From: a bacterium
GTDB taxonomy: Bacteria > J088 > JAWLBW01
Direction of reading: 5' to 3'
DNA length: 64,000 nt
Assembly: GCA_041690355.1 (NCBI GenBank)
Contig: JAWLHK010000004.1
Location: 186,001 to 250,000 of the forward strand
Part shown: piece after piece, positions 35,273-43,715 of the stretch
Layout: every line of letters begins with the position of its first letter
Numbering within the stretch: position 1 is the stretch's first letter
Program-made: the position numbers and the translations under genes
The notes under the pieces: generated by a model
The model's input: the letters and a program-made list of their open reading frames with translations, nothing else
Databases searched by the model: none
Told to the model about the DNA's origin: nothing

Positions 35273-37246
35273 ATGATCGGTGCCGCACAACCGCTTCGCA
35301 ACCCGGCCCGCCACGTTGCCGACCAGTCTCGCAACCTGCCGGATCTGTTCCTCAACCGCGTCCGTGCCACCCCGCAGCGCGTGGCCTACAAGCACAAGGA
35401 GCGCGGCCGCTGGATCGACACGACCTGGCACGGCTTTCACGACCAGTCGTCGCGCGTCGCCTCCTGGCTGATCACCAGGGGCATTCAAGCCGGTGACAAA
35501 GTCTGCGTGGTCGGAAGCACCCGCCCCGAATGGGTGCTCTGCGACATGGGCGGGCAGCTTGCGGGCGCAGTGACCATCGGCGCCTATCCGACTTCGTCAC
35601 CCGACCAGCTCGCTTACATCGTCGAGCATTCCGAGTCGAAAATCGTCTTCGTCGAGGGCAAGGAAGAAATCGCCAAGATTCTGGAGATCAAGGATCGCAT
35701 CCCCGGCGTGCAATGCGTCGTCGTCTGGCGCCGAGACGCGCTGGGCCCCGAGCTCGCCGGCAATGCGCTCTTCGCCGTATTCGAAGACGTGCTCGACACT
35801 TCGGCCGACCCCAAGGCCATCGCCGAACGGGTCGATGCCGTCAAGCCCGATGACACGGCCATCATCGTCTACACGAGCGGCACGACGGGGCCGCCGAAGG
35901 GGGCCATGATCTCGCAGGGAAACATCATCTCGTATATCCGGGGCACCCAGGGCCTGGTTCCCTTCGACGCCGACGACATCAGCCTGAACTTTCTGCCCAT
36001 GGCGCACGTGGCCGAGCGCATCGCCGGCTTCTACGCCCGCATCTCGGCCGGCATCACGGCCGCCTATGCGTCGAGCGTGCCCGCCGTGCTCGAAGAGGTG
36101 AAGGAGGTGCGCCCGACGGTCTTCGGGAGCGTGCCCCGTATTTTCGAAAAGGCGTACGCCAAGATGAAGGGCGAGGTAGCCAAGGCGCCCGCGGGCAAGC
36201 AGAAGGTGTTCGCGAAAGCCGAGGCGGTGGGCCGCGAGGTCGTCCGCCACTGGCAGCGCGGCGAAAAGGTTCCGCTCGGCCTCGCCATCCAGTACAAGCT
36301 CTTCGACAAGCTGGTCTTCTCCAAGATCCGCGAGGTCTTCGGCGGCCGCGTACGCAACTTTCTTACCGGTGCGGCGCCGATCTCCTACGAGATTCTCGAA
36401 TTCTTCTGGGCCGCCGGCTTCCCCATCTACGAAGTGTACGGCATGACCGAAGCCACCGTGATCACGCACGGCAACCGGCCCGGCGACGTGCGCCTCGGAA
36501 CAGTCGGGAAGGCGATCGCCCCGATGGTCGAAGAGAAGCTGGCCGACGACGGCGAAATCCTCATCCGCGGCGCGACGGTTTTCAAGGGTTACTACAAGAA
36601 CCCCGAAGCGACCGCCGAGGCCATCGACAAGGACGGCTGGCTGCACACCGGCGACATCGGCCGGCGCGAACCCGACGGCTCGCTGCGCATCGTCGACCGC
36701 AAGAAGCACATCATCATCACGGCGGGCGGCAAGAACATTACGCCGGCCAACATCGAGCAGGACATCAAAGGACAGGATGCGCTCATCAGCAACGTGCACG
36801 CGCACGGCGATCGGCGCGCCTACCTGACTGCGCTCGTGACCATTCACCCCATGGAGGCCATCGAGTGGGCGCGCGCCAATAACCTGCTCACCGACAACGC
36901 GCTGGCCGATCGGCTCGTCAAGGCGCTGATGGAGAACCCGCTGGCCCGCCCCGAAGGGCTCGACGGGGTCATGCAGACGGTCACCGAACGGCCCGAGATC
37001 CGCTCGCGCATCGCGGCGGCCGTGCAACGTGCGAACCGCTCGCTGTCGCGGGTCGAAACGATCAAGAAGGTCTACGTGCTCGAGCGTGACTTCAGCCTCG
37101 AAGAAGATGAAATCACGCCGACGATGAAGATCAAGCGCAAGAACGTCGAGAAGAAGTTCACCGCGCTTTTCGATCGTCTCTACGAGGACAAGGCGTTCGG
37201 GATCGTCATCGAGGACGAGAACAAAGGGGCGGCGGTCTCGATCTGA
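35273..37246 (+). CDS. Long-chain acyl-CoA synthetase (AMP-dependent ligase)
   Basis: IVYTSGTTGPPKG, FLPMAHVAER, EVYGMTE, GWLHTGDIG, DRKKHIIITAGGKNI; candidate promoter TTGACT-18-GATAAT at 35169-35198. Confidence 0.93.
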   Translation: MIGAAQPLRNPARHVADQSRNLPDLFLNRVRATPQRVAYKHKERGRWIDTTWHGFHDQSSRVASWLITRGIQAGDKVCVVGSTRPEWVLCDMGGQLAGAVTIGAYPTSSPDQLAYIVEHSESKIVFVEGKEEIAKILEIKDRIPGVQCVVVWRRDALGPELAGNALFAVFEDVLDTSADPKAIAERVDAVKPDDTAIIVYTSGTTGPPKGAMISQGNIISYIRGTQGLVPFDADDISLNFLPMAHVAERIAGFYARISAGITAAYASSVPAVLEEVKEVRPTVFGSVPRIFEKAYAKMKGEVAKAPAGKQKVFAKAEAVGREVVRHWQRGEKVPLGLAIQYKLFDKLVFSKIREVFGGRVRNFLTGAAPISYEILEFFWAAGFPIYEVYGMTEATVITHGNRPGDVRLGTVGKAIAPMVEEKLADDGEILIRGATVFKGYYKNPEATAEAIDKDGWLHTGDIGRREPDGSLRIVDRKKHIIITAGGKNITPANIEQDIKGQDALISNVHAHGDRRAYLTALVTIHPMEAIEWARANNLLTDNALADRLVKALMENPLARPEGLDGVMQTVTERPEIRSRIAAAVQRANRSLSRVETIKKVYVLERDFSLEEDEITPTMKIKRKNVEKKFTALFDRLYEDKAFGIVIEDENKGAAVSI

Positions 37247-37247
37247 A

Positions 37248-37347
37248 CTGATTCCTGATTCTTGATTCTTGAGAAGAACGAACCCGGGATCCGGGCGCTG
37301 ACGGGACGAACCCGTCAATCGTCAATCGTCAATCGTAAATCGTCAAT
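37248..37347. repeat. Two heptamer tandem arrays flanking two small hairpins between convergent genes
   Basis: YTGATTC x3.5 (37248-37272); CGTCAAT x5, one copy CGTAAAT (37313-37347); hairpins CCCGG-GAT-CCGGG and TGACGGG-ACGAA-CCCGTCA. Confidence 0.85.
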
Positions 37348-38841
37348 TCATTGATGACTGGGGCCCCACTCGCGCCGGGCGTGGCGGCGGCGCGCCTTTT
37401 CGCGCACGCTCCACACCACGGCGCTGTCGTAGGTGCCGTAGTGATCGCGCAGCCGGCCCAGCGGGAGACTGAGCAGGAGCAGGAGCAGCCCGCAGATCGC
37501 ACTGTTCCACTGCGATCCTGCCGTCGCCCCCGGAAGAAACCAGGGGGCGGCCATCAGCCATAGCCCGAGGGGGATGTTGAGAAAGCGCGCTGGGCGGCCC
37601 ACCTCGGCCAGCGCGATCACGGAGATCACGACGACCAGCGCGCCCGCGATGTGATCGCTGTCGGCGGCGAGACGCTCGATGCCGATGCCGAAGGCCGCGG
37701 GGGCGAACAGCAGCCAGACGCCGATCGCCGTGCTCAGCCACAGCGACCAGGTGCCCGTGAAACCCCAGAGCATGCCGCGGGGCCGCCACGTATCGGGCCT
37801 GCGTACCGGCCACGTCGGGGTGTCCTCGGGCAGGTGCCCGCCCAGCCAGAAGATGCGCCAGACCGAGTGCCCCTCACGCTTCTTGCGGCGCACGAACTGG
37901 ACCATCGCCGTGATTTCGTCGAGCGACAGCGGAATCATGAGCAGCATGGCCGCGGCCGTGAAGAGGCAGAGCGTGCACCAGGCGCCGACCGCCACCGGCT
38001 GCATGATGACCAGCGCGATGCTGACGATTCCGAGCGGCACGACCACGACGCCGAAGCCGGCCACCATCCACGGCATGGTGCGCCATCGCCGCGTGTCGCC
38101 CATCAGTCCCATCAGCGCTTCGAGCATGTACGTCATGGAGCCGAGCCCCGCGTCGGACACCGGCCAGGCCGCCGACACCCGCGAGGTCAGCACCTTCTCG
38201 GTGCCGTTGCCGAAAAACGGGTCCCAGGCCGAAGAAATGTAGCCGAGCTGGAAAGCGGCCATGTAGCGCGCTGCGAGAAAGCTCAGAAACGCGAGCACGA
38301 TGACGGGCGCGCGCTGCGACCAGGCCGAGGGATTGTAGGACCACCCGGGTGGTATCTCCGGGCCCGACATCCGCATGCTCATCGGGATGATCAACCCGAA
38401 GGCGATGAGCAGGACGCCGACCAGCGTATCGTTCGCATAAGCGACCGGATCAGGCGCCCAGAACAGCAGCGGCGCAAAGAGAAGCCATATCCCCACGCCC
38501 GCAATGAGCCAGGAGACGAGTCCCCGGTTCGGCCGCACGGCGACGAGGGCCATCCCGAACGCCACGATGCCGCTGATGACGTCGCTCCAGCGCATCGCGA
38601 CGCTCGTATAGTCGAGCGTGAACGGGCTGGCGATCAGCCACAGGGCGAGCGCCGCGACAGGGGCCTGCACCCATCGGTAGGGATTGTAGTGCTCCCGCGC
38701 CATCATGACCATGGGCGCTTTCTGGGAACCGTCGCCCTGCATGGCGCCGTTCTCACCTTTCGCGGGGGTATCCGGTTTCGAGGGGTGCCCCTGGTTCCCG
38801 CTCCGATTCTCGCCGCTCTGATGCTCTGAAGACTTTTCCAC
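37348..38841 (-). CDS. SPW-repeat / vitamin K epoxide reductase (VKOR)-like membrane protein
   Basis: Repeats WLIASPF / GIWLLFAP / GLWLMAAPW; PPGWSYNPSAW; VSDAGLG; WCTLC CxxC; GTG start with AGGAG upstream. Confidence 0.85.
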   Translation of the reverse strand: MEKSSEHQSGENRSGNQGHPSKPDTPAKGENGAMQGDGSQKAPMVMMAREHYNPYRWVQAPVAALALWLIASPFTLDYTSVAMRWSDVISGIVAFGMALVAVRPNRGLVSWLIAGVGIWLLFAPLLFWAPDPVAYANDTLVGVLLIAFGLIIPMSMRMSGPEIPPGWSYNPSAWSQRAPVIVLAFLSFLAARYMAAFQLGYISSAWDPFFGNGTEKVLTSRVSAAWPVSDAGLGSMTYMLEALMGLMGDTRRWRTMPWMVAGFGVVVVPLGIVSIALVIMQPVAVGAWCTLCLFTAAAMLLMIPLSLDEITAMVQFVRRKKREGHSVWRIFWLGGHLPEDTPTWPVRRPDTWRPRGMLWGFTGTWSLWLSTAIGVWLLFAPAAFGIGIERLAADSDHIAGALVVVISVIALAEVGRPARFLNIPLGLWLMAAPWFLPGATAGSQWNSAICGLLLLLLSLPLGRLRDHYGTYDSAVVWSVREKARRRHARREWGPSHQ

Positions 38842-38972
38842 GCTCGCACCGCTCCTGCATTCAGAGTGCACGCGAGCGAGGCGCCGTTCGACGGCCGGGA
38901 CACGGAGCCAGGGCGGATACCGACACGGCGCGCGAAGGGACGGCGGCCGCAAACGTAGAACGCGACCGAGGG

Positions 38973-39764
38973 CTAATCGACCAGGCCCGGCTGAACCTTC
39001 ATCATGATCCAGTCGTTGTAGCGGTCGCGTTTCTCGCCGGCGCGGATGCGCCGCTCCATCTCGGCGGCCATGCGTTTCGAGAAGTCCGCCATGATGTGCT
39101 CTTCGTCGGTGACCGGTTTGACGTGCGGAATCTGTTTCAGCAGATTCCGGGCTTCGTCTTCCTTGCCGAGCATCCAGAGCATGTCGGCCATGTACAGCTT
39201 CGCGAGCGCGAAACCCGGTGCGCGTCGCACCCCTTCGGCCGTAAGACGCAGGGCTTCCTTATCGTTGCCGATGCTGATCGGAAAACCCGGCAGCTGCATG
39301 TAAATGCGGCCGAGCGTGATGAACGCCGCCGCACTCATATAGTCGGGGTCGATGGCGATGGCCTGTTCGAGCGCCTTCTTTCCCTCGGGGACCATCTGAA
39401 CGGAATTCAGGATGCCGCGCGACAACCCCAGCAGCCCCAGCCCCGTGCCGTACCAGTAATGCCCGTGCGGCTTGTCGGGCTTCTGCTTGCGGATCTGGTC
39501 GGCCGTCTGAATGATGAGCCGGGCCATGGCATGGCGCTTCTTGAGATCCTTCTCCTCTACCGTCCACGCGTAAAGCAGCAGTGAGCAGGCGCGCTCGTGC
39601 ACGAGCAGGTCGCCCGGGCGCTCTTTGGCCAGCTTCACATACCGGTAACCGAGCTGTTCGGCGCGGCCCGGCCGAAGCACCTCCTGCCAGGGGAACGGGA
39701 TGGGATCGGTCGGTGCGGCGTTGATCGAGAGAAAGGCGACGAGGACCACGGCTGAAAGATTCAT
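38973..39764 (-). CDS. Exported TPR-like helical protein (TatT/BstC-like)
   Basis: Signal peptide; GHYWYG..LG, A.AIDPDY..AAA..TLGRIYMQLPGFPISIG pattern. Confidence 0.65.
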   Translation of the reverse strand: MNLSAVVLVAFLSINAAPTDPIPFPWQEVLRPGRAEQLGYRYVKLAKERPGDLLVHERACSLLLYAWTVEEKDLKKRHAMARLIIQTADQIRKQKPDKPHGHYWYGTGLGLLGLSRGILNSVQMVPEGKKALEQAIAIDPDYMSAAAFITLGRIYMQLPGFPISIGNDKEALRLTAEGVRRAPGFALAKLYMADMLWMLGKEDEARNLLKQIPHVKPVTDEEHIMADFSKRMAAEMERRIRAGEKRDRYNDWIMMKVQPGLVD

Positions 39765-39844
39765 GCACGCTCCGTGAGCGCCGCCTCGGAGAGGGCGCGC
39801 GCCCGGTGGTCACTCTATCGCTCGAGGGAGCGCCGGTCAAGCCG

Positions 39845-40618
39845 TCAGGCCGGCGCGAACTCGGCCAGCACGGGGGCGTGATCCGAAGGCTGTTTCCCTT
39901 TGCGCTCGTCGCGGTCGATGCGCGCGTCGGTGCAGCGCGCGGCAAGCGCCTGCGTCACGAAGATGTGGTCGATGCGCAAGCCCATGTTCTTGGGGAATGC
40001 GAGCTGGCGGTAATCCCACCAGCTGAACGCGGGTTCCGCGTGGTGCAGGCGGTAGGCATCGACGAACCCGAAGGCGCGCACCGACTCCAGCGCTACCCGT
40101 ACCTCGTCACTGAACAGGACCGTATTGCGCCACAGGGCCGGATCGTGAACGTCCCGGTCTTCGGGGGCGACATTGAAGTCGCCGCAGAGCGCCAGCGGAA
40201 GCTCGGCCTTGCAGCTCGCATCCAGATAACGCCGCAGGCGGCCCATCCAGGCAAGCTTGAAGCGGTATTTCTCCGAGCCGATTTCGCCGCCGTTCGGGAA
40301 GTAGGCCGAAATGATGCGCACGCCGTTCACCGTGCCGGCGATGAGCCGGGCCTGCTCGATGTCCTCGCCGCCGTCGCCCATGCCGCAACGGACGTCTTCT
40401 GCGGGGGTCTTCGACAGAATGGCCACGCCGTTGTAGGTGCGCTGGCCGTAGTGAGCGACATGATAGCCCAGGTCGCCCATGCGTTCGTGGGGAAAAGCGG
40501 CGTCCTCGACCTTCGTCTCCTGCAGGCAGACGACGTCGGGCTGCCGGCTCTCGAGCCAGGCGCAGACCCGGTCGAGCCGCGCGCGAATGGAGTTCACGTT
40601 CCACGTAGCGATGAGCAT
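39845..40618 (-). CDS. xth: Exodeoxyribonuclease III
   Basis: ATWNVNSIRAR, CLQETK, YNGVAILS, YFPNG, GDFNVAP, FSWWDYR, GLRIDH, SDHAPV. Confidence 0.96.
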   Translation of the reverse strand: MLIATWNVNSIRARLDRVCAWLESRQPDVVCLQETKVEDAAFPHERMGDLGYHVAHYGQRTYNGVAILSKTPAEDVRCGMGDGGEDIEQARLIAGTVNGVRIISAYFPNGGEIGSEKYRFKLAWMGRLRRYLDASCKAELPLALCGDFNVAPEDRDVHDPALWRNTVLFSDEVRVALESVRAFGFVDAYRLHHAEPAFSWWDYRQLAFPKNMGLRIDHIFVTQALAARCTDARIDRDERKGKQPSDHAPVLAEFAPA

Positions 40619-40625
40619 GCTCTCC

Positions 40626-40979
40626 TCAGGCCGAAGGCGGTTGCGGTTTGAACTGCAGATCGTCGAGGTGATGATCGGCGCAGGCGAAGTCGTTGCGGCA
40701 CCGGTCGATCTGCGCAGAGGTCGGGCGCGAGAACATCTCGGCGAACTCTTCGCCCGTGACGAGCTGCCGCGCTTCTCCGGCAGAAGACTCGTTCGTGCAG
40801 TGGAACGTCATGAGGACGCCGCGCCGCCTGCACCAGACGTGCACGCGTTCGATCACCGGCGTTCCCCGGCCGGCCGCCCATGCCGCGACGGCGCGGTCGA
40901 GATCGAGCGGCTCTTCGAGCTCGAAGGTGTCGACGAGCCGATCCTCGTCGGGATCATGTTTCCACACGGCGATTCGCAT
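40626..40979 (-). CDS. Hypothetical protein (117 aa)
   Basis: C-terminal part of track ORF 40626..41573 from ATG 40979 (MRIAVWKHDPDED...); fills the gap between SDR and xth; ends beside the xth RBS. Confidence 0.65.
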   Translation of the reverse strand: MRIAVWKHDPDEDRLVDTFELEEPLDLDRAVAAWAAGRGTPVIERVHVWCRRRGVLMTFHCTNESSAGEARQLVTGEEFAEMFSRPTSAQIDRCRNDFACADHHLDDLQFKPQPPSA

Positions 40980-41035
40980 GACCGACGGATACGGTAACGA
41001 AGTGGAAGGAGGAAAACAACCGCGCAGCCGTCGTC

Positions 41036-41707
41036 TCAGCTGCGACCGTAGACGGGAATCAGGGCCCCGCTGACGTCGGCGGCGTCGGCGGAACAGAGAA
41101 ACGCGATGACGGCAGCCAGGCTCTCGGGCTTGACCCAGCGTTCGAAGTCGGCGCCCGCCATCGCCTCTCGGTTGACGGGAGTATCGATGACACTCGGCAG
41201 CACCGCGTTCACGGTCACGCCCGACGCGCGCGTCTCGAGGGCCAGCGTCTGCACCAGATGGGTCAGCGCCGCCTTCGAGGCGCCGTAGGCGGCGAGGCCG
41301 TCGACGGGCTGCACGGCCGGACGCGCGCCGATCATGACGAGGCGGCCGTCCCCGGCCGCGACCATGGCGGGCAGGGCCGCGCGGGCCACGTTCCAGGCGG
41401 TCTCGACGTTCAGCGCGAGCATCTTCTGCAGGTCGCCCGCGTCGGCGTCCCAGGCCCGCATACCACCCGTAAACCCGCCTGCGACATGAACGACCGCATC
41501 CAACGGGTCGATGGCCGTCAGGGCCGATGCTACCCGGCCGGCATCCGTGAGGTCGAGGGAAAGAAACGCACACCCCGGAATCTGCGGGTCATGCCTGTCG
41601 GCGACCGTAACGGCCGCCCCTTCTACCTGCAGGCGCCCGACGACGGCCCGGCCGAGTGCGCCGCCGCCGCCGGTCACCAGCGCGCGCCGGCCCTTGAAAC
41701 GCTCCAT
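41036..41707 (-). CDS. Short-chain dehydrogenase/reductase
   Basis: ALVTGGGGALG, YGASK, VNAVLPSVIDTP; GGAGG RBS. Confidence 0.9.
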   Translation of the reverse strand: MERFKGRRALVTGGGGALGRAVVGRLQVEGAAVTVADRHDPQIPGCAFLSLDLTDAGRVASALTAIDPLDAVVHVAGGFTGGMRAWDADAGDLQKMLALNVETAWNVARAALPAMVAAGDGRLVMIGARPAVQPVDGLAAYGASKAALTHLVQTLALETRASGVTVNAVLPSVIDTPVNREAMAGADFERWVKPESLAAVIAFLCSADAADVSGALIPVYGRS

Positions 41708-41847
41708 GATCTGCCTCCGGATAAGTCTGAACCCTCAATCGTAATTCCTGAGCCGTCGCCCTGCAAGCGAACCTGTCGCCGAAGTGCATTTCACCTGGCG
41801 CCCGCCCGGCGGCCGGAAAGGGGTGGTATGCGGCGCATCGGTGGCGC

Positions 41848-42969
41848 ATGATGGGGAGAATGGAGCCTTCTCGCTCTCGCCGGACCTCTCCCTCGCGCCA
41901 GAAAGAAATCCAGGAGGAAGGCCTCGGGCGAAACCGGCTGCGCCAGGGCCTGGCGCTGTTTGTGCTGCTGACGCTGGTCGGGCTGGCCGCCGTGGTCATC
42001 ATCACCGATCCGCGGCAGCTCGCCGAAGCCTGGGCACGCATCGAGCCGGTCTGGCTCCTGCCCGCGGCAGGCTTTTTTCTACTCGACCTCTGGTTCGGCG
42101 GCTGGCGCAACCATATCCTGCTGCGCCGGTACTACCACGGCGTCTCGCCCTGGCTCGGGGTGCGGGCAAACCTCGTGAACATGTTTGCGGCCGCCATGAC
42201 CCCCGCGAGCACCGGGGGCGGCCCCGCGCAGGTCTATACGCTGCACCGGGGCGGAGTGAAAGTCGTCGACGGCATCTCGGTGACCGCGCTCACCTTCGTG
42301 TCGACCCAGCTCGTCTTCGCGCTCGGGGCCATTTCGGGATTCATCGTCATCCGCGGGCGCTTCGAGCAGGGGCTCATCACCTATCTGCTCGAATACAGCC
42401 TCGCGGTCTTCGGGCTGATCTTTCTGGCGCTCATGCTCGGTCTGTGGCGCCCCGTTCTCCTGGGCCGCGTCCTCGGGGCCCTGGCGCGCAGGATGGCGCG
42501 CATCCGTCCCGCCTGGGAGCGGCGGATGCATGCGGCCGTCGCGCGCATGCTCGATGAGCTCGAACGGTTTCGCGGGAGCTCACGCAAAATTCTGGCGAGC
42601 CACCCGCTGCTGCTCGTCTACAGTCTGCTCGTCAACGGGGCCCTCTACACCAGCCGCTTCACGGCCGCCTGGTTCCTGCTGCGCGCGCTCGGGGTCGAGG
42701 CGAGCTACATCGACGTCCTCGCCATCCAGGCCGTGCTGCAGTTCATCGTCTACTTCGCGCCGACCCCCGGCGGGAGCGGCATCGGAGAAGTCGCCACCGT
42801 TGCCCTCATGTCGCTGCTGGCGCCATCCTGGGCGCTGCCGCTCTTCACTTTTCTGAACCGGCTTCTCATCGTGTACCTGCCGGCGGTCCTCGGCAGCCTG
42901 GTCTTCGTGCGCGTGCTCAAGCGCGAGCGCGAGCAGCAGCGCGCCGTCGGACGGCAGCGCAGCCGCTGA
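41848..42969 (+). CDS. Lysylphosphatidylglycerol-synthase-TM / flippase-like membrane protein (YbhN-like)
   Basis: About 8 TMs; TPASTGGGPAQVY and PTPGGSGIGE motifs. Confidence 0.85.
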   Translation: MMGRMEPSRSRRTSPSRQKEIQEEGLGRNRLRQGLALFVLLTLVGLAAVVIITDPRQLAEAWARIEPVWLLPAAGFFLLDLWFGGWRNHILLRRYYHGVSPWLGVRANLVNMFAAAMTPASTGGGPAQVYTLHRGGVKVVDGISVTALTFVSTQLVFALGAISGFIVIRGRFEQGLITYLLEYSLAVFGLIFLALMLGLWRPVLLGRVLGALARRMARIRPAWERRMHAAVARMLDELERFRGSSRKILASHPLLLVYSLLVNGALYTSRFTAAWFLLRALGVEASYIDVLAIQAVLQFIVYFAPTPGGSGIGEVATVALMSLLAPSWALPLFTFLNRLLIVYLPAVLGSLVFVRVLKREREQQRAVGRQRSR

Positions 42970-42996
42970 AGCCCACTCCCCGCGTCACTTGCGCGC

Positions 42997-43518
42997 TCAG
43001 CGGCCGTAGCCGGCCAGCTGAAAGGCTTTGCCCGACTCCACATAGTGCATGGCCGACATGCGCAGCATGGCAAGCTCGGGCTCGGTCAGCTCACGGACGA
43101 TTTTACCGGGAACGCCGAGCACGAGCGACCGCGGCGGGATCATCTGCCCTTCGCGAATGAGCGCGTTGGCGCCGATGATGCACTCCTCGCCGACGAAGGC
43201 GCCGTTCATGACCGTTGCGCCCATGCCGATGAGTGCGCGGTCTCCCACGCGCGCGCCGTGGACGATGGCGCGATGCCCGATGGTGACGTCGTCGCCGATG
43301 ATGCAGGGAAAACCGGCGTCGGCGTGCAGGATGCTGCCGTCCTGCACGTTCGTGCGGGCGCCGACCCGAATCTCCTCGACGTCGCCGCGGATGACGGCGT
43401 GAAACCAGACGCTGGCATCGACCCCGAGGCGGACGTCACCGACGACCACGGCATCCCGGGCGACGAAAATGGCGTCTGCCGTGTGGGTCAGGGCGGGATC
43501 AAGGCGTAGATCGAACAT
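42997..43518 (-). CDS. Gamma carbonic anhydrase family (hexapeptide repeat) protein
   Basis: VWFHAVIRGD, TNVQDGSILH, TIGHRAIVHG, LIGMGA; GGAGG RBS before ATG 43518. Confidence 0.92.
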   Translation of the reverse strand: MFDLRLDPALTHTADAIFVARDAVVVGDVRLGVDASVWFHAVIRGDVEEIRVGARTNVQDGSILHADAGFPCIIGDDVTIGHRAIVHGARVGDRALIGMGATVMNGAFVGEECIIGANALIREGQMIPPRSLVLGVPGKIVRELTEPELAMLRMSAMHYVESGKAFQLAGYGR

Positions 43519-43715
43519 GCGCAACCTCCATAGGTGAATTCTCCATGAAACCAGCAACCGGGCAGGCGGCGCAACCGTAGACCGCCGCCGCGTCGCGCCC
43601 GGCTGCGACACCGCCCCGGGGCCTGTTTCCGCGTGCAGGCTCCGTTACTCTGTTCCGCTGATGCCGGTCGCGGGAGGGTCTGCCACCATCCGGCGCCGAA
43701 CAGAGAAGGTGAACG

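Noticed and set aside
37248-37347. Repeats as a possible CRISPR array
   Set aside because: Units are 7 nt, contiguous, without spacers, and no cas genes are in the window.
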